The position numbers and the translations under genes were made by a program. A DNA stretch of 64,000 nucleotides from an uncultured delta proteobacterium (GTDB lineage: Bacteria; Myxococcota; UBA727; VGSZ01): positions 1,056,001-1,120,000 of the forward strand of contig CAVZJB010000016.1 of the NCBI GenBank assembly GCA_963775425.1, read 5' to 3'. The notes beneath the pieces are model-generated. The model was not told the DNA's origin. It ran no database searches and was given only the letters and a program-made list of their open reading frames with translations. The first letter of the stretch is position 1; each line of letters opens with the position of its first letter. Below, piece by piece: positions 57,083-64,000 of the stretch.

Positions 57083-57673
57083 GTGATCCAGGCGCTGCTC
57101 GCAGCCACGCTCGCGGCCGCGCCCGCCTCGACGCCCCCCGGCGCACGACCCGCCGTCAAGCCGTCGTCCTGGAGCTTCTCCGCGCGCGCGGACCCCGTCG
57201 TGTTCGCGCTCCTCGGCTTCTCCGCCGGCGTCGACGGCGCGCCGCGTGACGCCCCCTGGCGCCTGAGCGTCGCCGCGTTCCACGTCGTCGTGCCGGACCT
57301 CATCGCCCCGCTCGTCGTCCACCCCGCCGACGGGGTCACCGTCACCGAGGACGCGATCCAGCTCGGCGCGTTCTACGACGTCGACGACCGGCACCGCGGG
57401 TGGTTCTTCGGACCCGAGCTCTACGTCTACGCGCTCGCGTACGAGGCCCGCGGCCGTCGGGCGATCGCGCAGGAGGCCTACGCGCACCTCAGCGCCGGCT
57501 ACACGTGGTTTCCGCTCGCCGCGGATCCGGGATGCGGGTTCTTCCTTCAGCCCTGGGCCACCCTCGGCGCGCCGATCTTCCACACCGGCGGCGCCGAGCT
57601 CGGCGGACGCCACCTCGAGGATCGCGCCGTCAACTGGCACGCAACGGTGTCCGTGGGCGTGCGCTTCCCCTGA
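57083..57673 (+). CDS. Putative small outer-membrane beta-barrel protein
   Basis: Signal-like N-terminus, GYTWFP..GFFLQPW, C-terminal VGVRF. Confidence 0.6.
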   Translation: MIQALLAATLAAAPASTPPGARPAVKPSSWSFSARADPVVFALLGFSAGVDGAPRDAPWRLSVAAFHVVVPDLIAPLVVHPADGVTVTEDAIQLGAFYDVDDRHRGWFFGPELYVYALAYEARGRRAIAQEAYAHLSAGYTWFPLAADPGCGFFLQPWATLGAPIFHTGGAELGGRHLEDRAVNWHATVSVGVRFP

Positions 57674-57819
57674 GGCCACACAGGCGGTGAAGCCGCGCAC
57701 GCCGCCTGCCCCCCGGCGCCGACGGCCGGCGCGACCCCGGCGACGCCGTGCGTCGTAAGCCGCGCCCCAGGTCGGGGGCGCCTTACGGTTTGCGATCCGT
57801 CTGGTAAGCCTTCGTGCAT

Positions 57820-60800
57820 ATGCGCACCCCCGCCGGCCTCGCTCGTCTTCTGGTCGCCTCCTTCGCGCTCGGCGCGCTCTCCGCGTGCAGCAACTGCGGC
57901 GGCCCCGCCGAGGGAGAGGGCGAGGGCGAAGGAGACGTCGGCGAAGGCGAGGGCGAAGGCGAGGGCGAAGGCGAGGGCGAAGGCGAAGGCGAGCACACCG
58001 CGTGCGACAACGTCCCCGCCGTGAACCCGGGCGACGACATCTGCGCCGTCACGCCCGGCACCGGCGGCGTCATCGTCATCGGAGAGCTGCTCCTCCCCGG
58101 CGAGACCATCGACGGCGGCGGCGTCGCCGTCGACGACAACGGCCAGATCACGTGCGTCGGCTGCAACTGCATCGACGACAACCCCGGCCTCACCCAGGTG
58201 GTGTGCCCCGACGCCGTCGTCTCCCCCGGCTTCATCAACGCGCACGACCACGCAGGGTGGATGAACGACAAGCCCTGGATCGGCTCCGACGAGAACCCGC
58301 CCGTGGACCCGGCGCTCCGCTGGGAGCAGCGCAACGACTGGCGCAAGGGCCTGCGCGGAAACCCGAAGATCCACGTCGGCGGCGGCGCCAACCAACAGGC
58401 CAAGGCGCTCGGCGAGCTGCGCTTCGTCCTGAGCGGCGCCACCGCCACCAACGCGTCGGGCGGCTTCTCCGGGCCGTCCGGCGACGGCAGCGACGGCTTC
58501 CTGCGCAACGTCGACAACAGCACCGACATGGGCGCCATCGGCGCCAACTTCGTCGACTACCAGACCTTCCCGCTCGGCGACAGCAACGGCACCCAGCTCG
58601 AGAGCGGCTGCGCCTACCCCGGCATCATCTCACCGCCAAACGGCATCACGTACACGCCGCACATCGCGGAGGGCATCGACGCCACCGCGCACAACGAGTT
58701 CCTGTGCCTGTCGTCGAACACCGGCGGCGGCGAGGACCAGATGAGCGAGCACACCGCCATCATCCACGCCATCGGCCTGCTCCCGTCCGACGTGGCCCTC
58801 ATGGCCCAGCGAGGGTCGTCGCTCATCTGGTCGCCGCGCAGCAACGTGTCGCTCTACGGTGACACGGCGCAGGTGCCGCTCTTCCTGCACCTCGGCGTGA
58901 ACGTCGCCCTCGGCACAGACTGGATCCCATCGGGATCCATGAACATGCTGCGCGAGCTTCAGTGCGCCATCGCCATGAACGGCGAGCACTGGGGCGGCGA
59001 GATCTCCAACGAGACCCTGTGGCGCATGGCCACCGTCAACGCGGCCCACGCCGTCGGCGTCGACGAGCAGCTCGGCGTGCTCGCCGCCGGCCACCGCGGC
59101 GACATCGCCGTCTTCGCCAAGCACACCGGGGACGCCGGGGCGCGCGCCGACTACCGCGCCGCCATCGAGGCCACCGACGCCGACGTCGCGCTCGTGTTGA
59201 AGAACGGCAAGCCCATGTCCGGCAACGCCGCCGTCGTCGACGCGCTCGAGAGCGGCTGCGACACCCTCGACGTGTGCGGCACCGCCAAGCGCGTGTGCGC
59301 CTCGCGCGAGACCGGACAGACGCTCGACGCGCTCGAGACCGCCGCCAACGGCTCCCACTACGAGCTCGTCTCCTGCGACGCCGCGCCTTCCAACGAGCCG
59401 AGCTGCAATCCCGAGCGCACGCTCGCCAGCGACATCATCGCCGGCTCCACGCAGTACTCCGGCGTCGACAGCGCCACCGACTCCGACGGCGACGGCATCC
59501 CCAACGACAGCGACGACTGCCCGAACACGTTCAACCCCGTCCGTCCGCTCGACGGTGGCGGACAGGGGGACGCCGACGGTGATCACGTCGGTGACGTCTG
59601 CGACCCCTGCCCGCTCGACGCCGACACCACCACCTGCCAGGTGTTCAACCCCGACGATCGCGACGGCGACGGGCTGAACAACGCGGTCGACAACTGCCCC
59701 AACGACGCAAACGCCGACCAGGCCGACGCTGACAGCGACGGCAAAGGCGACGCCTGTGACGAGTGCCCGAACGACGCAAACCCGGGCGCCGCCGCGTGCC
59801 CCCGCAGCCTCTACGACATCAAGGGCAGCGATCCCCTGGCCATCGACAACACCACCGTGGCCGTGCGCGACGTCGTCGTCACGGCGCTGTCGGTCAACGG
59901 CTACTTCCTCGCCGTGGACCCCGACAGCGCGTCCTACGCGGGCGACGCCGACAGTTGCATTTTCGTGTTCCAATCCTCGGGGACCCTGCCGGCGCCGGGC
60001 GACCGGGTGACCATCACCAACGCCACCGCGTCCAACTTCTTCGACGAGATCGAGCTGAAGAACGCGACGTTCACCGTCGACGGCGCCGGCGCGGTGCCGC
60101 CGCCGGTCACCCTCGCCGCCGGTGACATCGCCGCCACCGTCACGGCCGGCGCGCGCGCGCCGCTCGAGGCGTGCATCGTGCACGTCGACGAGGTCGACGT
60201 CACCGACGCCGCACCCACGCCGGGCGCGGGCGACTCCTGCGGCAGCGCAGGCGCGCCCTGCAACGAGTTCGAGATCGCGGGCGGCCTCCGCGTGGACGAC
60301 CTGCTCTTCCTCATCGACCCGCAGCCGCTGACCGGTGAGCACTTCGTGTTCCTGCAAGGTCCGATGCAGTTCAAGAACGCGTTCCTCAAGATCCTGCCGC
60401 GGGACGAAAACGACGTCGGCTTCGGGCCGCCGGCGCTGGCCGCGGTGGATCCGCCGGTGTCGTACCTGCGCTTGAACGCGGCCGACGCCCCGTCGTTCCC
60501 GACGGCGATGCAGGTGCGCATGAACCGCCCCGTCGACGCGGACACCACGGTGTTGCTCGAGTCGTCGTCGACCGACGTCACGGTGCCCGCCTCCGTGCTT
60601 ATCGCCACCGGCAGCGCCACCGCGCAGGTGCCGCTCACCGCGAGCGCCAACGCCGCCACCGCCACCATCTCGGCGCGCCTCGACGCCGCCGACGCGCCCA
60701 AGACCGCCGACGTCGTCACCCTCGCGGACGACGCGCCCGCCACGGCCACCGCCATCTCGCCGACGCCGGCGACGCTCGGCCTGTCGGAGGCAACCTCCTT

Positions 60801-61497
60801 CACCGTGACCTTCGACGTGCCCACGCCCGCCGCGGGGGCGAGCGTGGACATCGTGGTGGCGCCGGCGGAGCTCGGCACGACCGCCACGCCGCTCGCGGTG
60901 CCCGGCGACGTGCTGTCGGCGACGTTCGACTTCACCTCGGGCGCCGCCGCCGCCACCGGCACGGTGAGCGCGACGCTCGGGGCCACCGTGGTCGCCGACG
61001 TCAACGTCGTCGAGATCACCACGCCGTTCTTCAGCGAGATCGACTACGACATGGTCGGCGCGGACACGGCGGAGTTCTTCGAGATCGCGAACCCCGGGAG
61101 CGCCCCGTTCGACCTCTCGGGCGCCAGCGTGGTGCTCGTCAACGGCAACGGCAACGCCATCTACCGCACCATCGCGCTCTCCGGCGCCATCCCGGGCGGC
61201 GGGCGCTTCGTCGCCGGCAACGTCGCCGGCGCGGACCTCCAGCTCCCCGCGGCGCAGGACGTGATTCAAAACGGCGCGCCCGACGCCATCGCGCTCCTCG
61301 ACGCCACCGGCGCCATCGTCGACGGCCTCGTCTACGAGGGCACCGCGCCCATGTCGTTCGACACGGCGGACGGCGAGACGCTGACCATCACCACGACGAC
61401 GGCGGCGGCGGACTCGAACACGGTGGACGGCGCGCTGTGCGCCAGCGAGCAAGGCGCGTGGGCCTTCTGCGCCGGAGCGCCGACGCCCGGGACGTGA
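57820..61497 (+). CDS. Large lipoprotein: amidohydrolase + thrombospondin-3 repeats + OB-fold-like + Ig-like + lamin-tail domain
   Basis: Lipobox LSAC; GFINAHDH, HIAEG, IIHA, WSPRSN, LGTDW; DxDGDG..D.CP repeats; FSEIDYD..AEFFEI.N..QNGAPDAIAL. Confidence 0.85.
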   Translation: MRTPAGLARLLVASFALGALSACSNCGGPAEGEGEGEGDVGEGEGEGEGEGEGEGEGEHTACDNVPAVNPGDDICAVTPGTGGVIVIGELLLPGETIDGGGVAVDDNGQITCVGCNCIDDNPGLTQVVCPDAVVSPGFINAHDHAGWMNDKPWIGSDENPPVDPALRWEQRNDWRKGLRGNPKIHVGGGANQQAKALGELRFVLSGATATNASGGFSGPSGDGSDGFLRNVDNSTDMGAIGANFVDYQTFPLGDSNGTQLESGCAYPGIISPPNGITYTPHIAEGIDATAHNEFLCLSSNTGGGEDQMSEHTAIIHAIGLLPSDVALMAQRGSSLIWSPRSNVSLYGDTAQVPLFLHLGVNVALGTDWIPSGSMNMLRELQCAIAMNGEHWGGEISNETLWRMATVNAAHAVGVDEQLGVLAAGHRGDIAVFAKHTGDAGARADYRAAIEATDADVALVLKNGKPMSGNAAVVDALESGCDTLDVCGTAKRVCASRETGQTLDALETAANGSHYELVSCDAAPSNEPSCNPERTLASDIIAGSTQYSGVDSATDSDGDGIPNDSDDCPNTFNPVRPLDGGGQGDADGDHVGDVCDPCPLDADTTTCQVFNPDDRDGDGLNNAVDNCPNDANADQADADSDGKGDACDECPNDANPGAAACPRSLYDIKGSDPLAIDNTTVAVRDVVVTALSVNGYFLAVDPDSASYAGDADSCIFVFQSSGTLPAPGDRVTITNATASNFFDEIELKNATFTVDGAGAVPPPVTLAAGDIAATVTAGARAPLEACIVHVDEVDVTDAAPTPGAGDSCGSAGAPCNEFEIAGGLRVDDLLFLIDPQPLTGEHFVFLQGPMQFKNAFLKILPRDENDVGFGPPALAAVDPPVSYLRLNAADAPSFPTAMQVRMNRPVDADTTVLLESSSTDVTVPASVLIATGSATAQVPLTASANAATATISARLDAADAPKTADVVTLADDAPATATAISPTPATLGLSEATSFTVTFDVPTPAAGASVDIVVAPAELGTTATPLAVPGDVLSATFDFTSGAAAATGTVSATLGATVVADVNVVEITTPFFSEIDYDMVGADTAEFFEIANPGSAPFDLSGASVVLVNGNGNAIYRTIALSGAIPGGGRFVAGNVAGADLQLPAAQDVIQNGAPDAIALLDATGAIVDGLVYEGTAPMSFDTADGETLTITTTTAAADSNTVDGALCASEQGAWAFCAGAPTPGT
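57910..57993 (+). repeat. (GE)n coding microsatellite linker
   Basis: Hexamers gagggc/gaaggc encoding EGEGEGE. Confidence 0.85.
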
Positions 61498-61507
61498 CGC
61501 TCACGGC

Positions 61508-62413
61508 TCAGATGCGCGGCAGCAGCGTGAACAGCTTCGTGAGGAAGAAGTCGACGAACACCACCATCACCGCGACGTTGACGACGGTCCTGGTGGTGGC
61601 GCGGCCGACGCCCTCGGTGCCCTGCCCGCAGGTGAGCCCCTCGTAGCAGCCGATGATGGCGATGCCGAAGCCGAAGAAGAACGGCTTCATGTAGCCCGAC
61701 AAGAAGTCGGTGACGTGCACCGTGGAAACGGACGACTTGTAGAAGGCGACCATCGACAGGTCGAACTGCAGGTAGGAGATGATCATGCCGCCGATGATGC
61801 CGATGATGTCGGAGAACAGCGCCACGATCGGCAGCATCAGCGTGGTCGCGAGCACGCGCGGGACCACGAGCTTCTTCACCGGGTCGGCGCCGAGGGCGCG
61901 GATGGCGTCGACCTGCTCCGTGACGCGCATCGAGCCGATCTCCGCAGCCATGCCCGCGCCCACGCGGCTGCCGACGACGAGCGCGGTGAACACCGGGCCG
62001 AGCTCGCGCACGATGCTGAGGCTGGTGATCTTGCCGAGGTAGGGGACGGCGCCCATGGTCTGCAGGGTGATGCCGAACTGCAGGGCGAACACGAGGCCGA
62101 CGAAGAAGAGGATGAGCGTGGCGATGGGCATCGACTTCACGCCGATGCTCTCGCACTGGCTCACGAGCTCGTAGACGCCCCAAGGCCTCCGCGCGAAGAC
62201 CTTCATGAACGCCCAGGACAGCTTGGACAGCCCGCCGACGTAGCCGATGGCCTCGCGCGTCTGGCGGCCGACGCGGTGCAGGAAGTCCTCGGTGCCGTGG
62301 GCGACGACGACGGGGACGAGCGAGATCTCGCCGCGGGTCGCGTACGGGTCGAGCCGCGGCGGCCCCGGGGTCTGCGGGGTCGGGGCGTCGGGCTTACCGG
62401 GCTCGTCGCTCAT
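61508..62413 (-). CDS. mlaE: MlaE-family ABC transporter permease
   Basis: RELGPV, GSRVGAGMAAEIGSMRVTEQVDA, GVGRATT. Confidence 0.92.
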   Translation of the reverse strand: MSDEPGKPDAPTPQTPGPPRLDPYATRGEISLVPVVVAHGTEDFLHRVGRQTREAIGYVGGLSKLSWAFMKVFARRPWGVYELVSQCESIGVKSMPIATLILFFVGLVFALQFGITLQTMGAVPYLGKITSLSIVRELGPVFTALVVGSRVGAGMAAEIGSMRVTEQVDAIRALGADPVKKLVVPRVLATTLMLPIVALFSDIIGIIGGMIISYLQFDLSMVAFYKSSVSTVHVTDFLSGYMKPFFFGFGIAIIGCYEGLTCGQGTEGVGRATTRTVVNVAVMVVFVDFFLTKLFTLLPRI

Positions 62414-62421
62414 GGCGAAGG

Positions 62422-62930
62422 CTACATCCGGTCCCGGCGCGGGGCCACGTCGAAGCCGTCGCGCACGCGGGTGTAGGCGGGCTCGGCGGAGGCGAAGGTG
62501 CTCGGGTCGGCGTCGAGCACGATGTCGTACACGCACCCGTCCTTCTTGAGGACGAAGAGCCGGAACTGTCGTGCGACGCCGTCGAGCTTGGCCTTCGCCG
62601 TGCTCTCCATGGCCTCGCGGCGCGACCACGGGATGACCTTCTGCGCGAGCATCTGGCGGTCCGTCATGCCCATCAACAGGTCGCTGGTGAGCCCCGCGAG
62701 CGGGCTGTCCTTGACGCCTTCGCAGTGCGAGTTGACGAGGAGCGAGGCGTCGAGCGCGTCGTTGTGCCAGGCGGCGTTGGCGGTCTGGAGCCGGAGCGGC
62801 TGCCAGCCCTTGCCGGGCGCGCCGACGTCGTAGCGGACGGTGCCGTCGTCGAACGTGTTGTCCTTGAGCTGCGGCCCGGTGCACCCGAGCACGGCGACGG
62901 CGACGGCGGCGGCGAGGAGGAGCAGGCGCG

Positions 62931-62934
<4 letters not shown>
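62422..62934 (-). CDS. Hypothetical lipoprotein
   Basis: Lipobox VLGC; LDGV..VLKKDGCVYD. Confidence 0.75.
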
Positions 62935-63703
<769 letters not shown>

Positions 63704-63707
<4 letters not shown>

Positions 63708-64000
63708 GGCGCCGACTCTGTCACGAAAACGGGCTCGGCGCGCACGCGCCCGAGGACGCGGCCCATGGTGAGCGCGCCGCCGAGGCCGTCGAAGAGCTTG
63801 AGGTGCTCTGCGTCGGCGCCGACCTTCGGGAGCGTGGCGTCCACCATCAGCCAGGTGCCGTCGACGAGGACCTCCGCCCACGCGTGGGGCACGAGCGCGT
63901 CACCCTTGAGCTCGTATCCGACGACGGGGCGCGCCGCGTGGCCGAGCGCGCGCAGCGATGCCACGACGAGCGCGGCGGCGCCGTCGCAGTCGCCGCCGTG
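63704..64000 (-). CDS. Transglutaminase-like domain protein, C-terminal part (runs off the window edge)
   Basis: GDC..A..LRALG, HAWAEV, W..VDAT (Cys-His-Asp triad). Confidence 0.85.

Overview
Very GC-rich bacterial chromosomal DNA with about 65 densely packed genes. Gene content (TIGR04551-like barrel, PEGA Ser/Thr kinase, pilD-HTH-pilMNOPQ, roadblock-aroQ-efp) points to Myxococcota or a related deltaproteobacterium. Main blocks: tsaB-recN, hrpB-SRAP-rarA repair genes, a kinase/PEGA envelope cluster, two fused 2-oxoacid dehydrogenases (E1 alpha-beta and Kgd-type), an orphan type III export-switch gene (SctU/FlhB-like) with uncharacterised neighbours, type IV pilus assembly genes, holB, peptidoglycan-recycling hydrolases, a large modular amidohydrolase lipoprotein and ABC/Mla genes. 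I saw no rRNA, tRNA, CRISPR array, IS element or prophage. Four single-base indels (recN, hrpB twice, alkaline phosphatase) look like assembly errors. Best leads: (1) a non-coding segment at about 44780-44950 with a DnaA box, 8 clustered GATC sites and a perfect 17-bp inverted repeat, at a switch in gene orientation (candidate oriC with no dnaA in the window); (2) the adjacent gene, a tandem CC1-like chromatin domain fused to a histone H1-like tail; (3) the orphan SctU, divergent from a coiled-coil protein and a possibly EspG-like chaperone. All family calls come from motif recognition by eye, not database searches.
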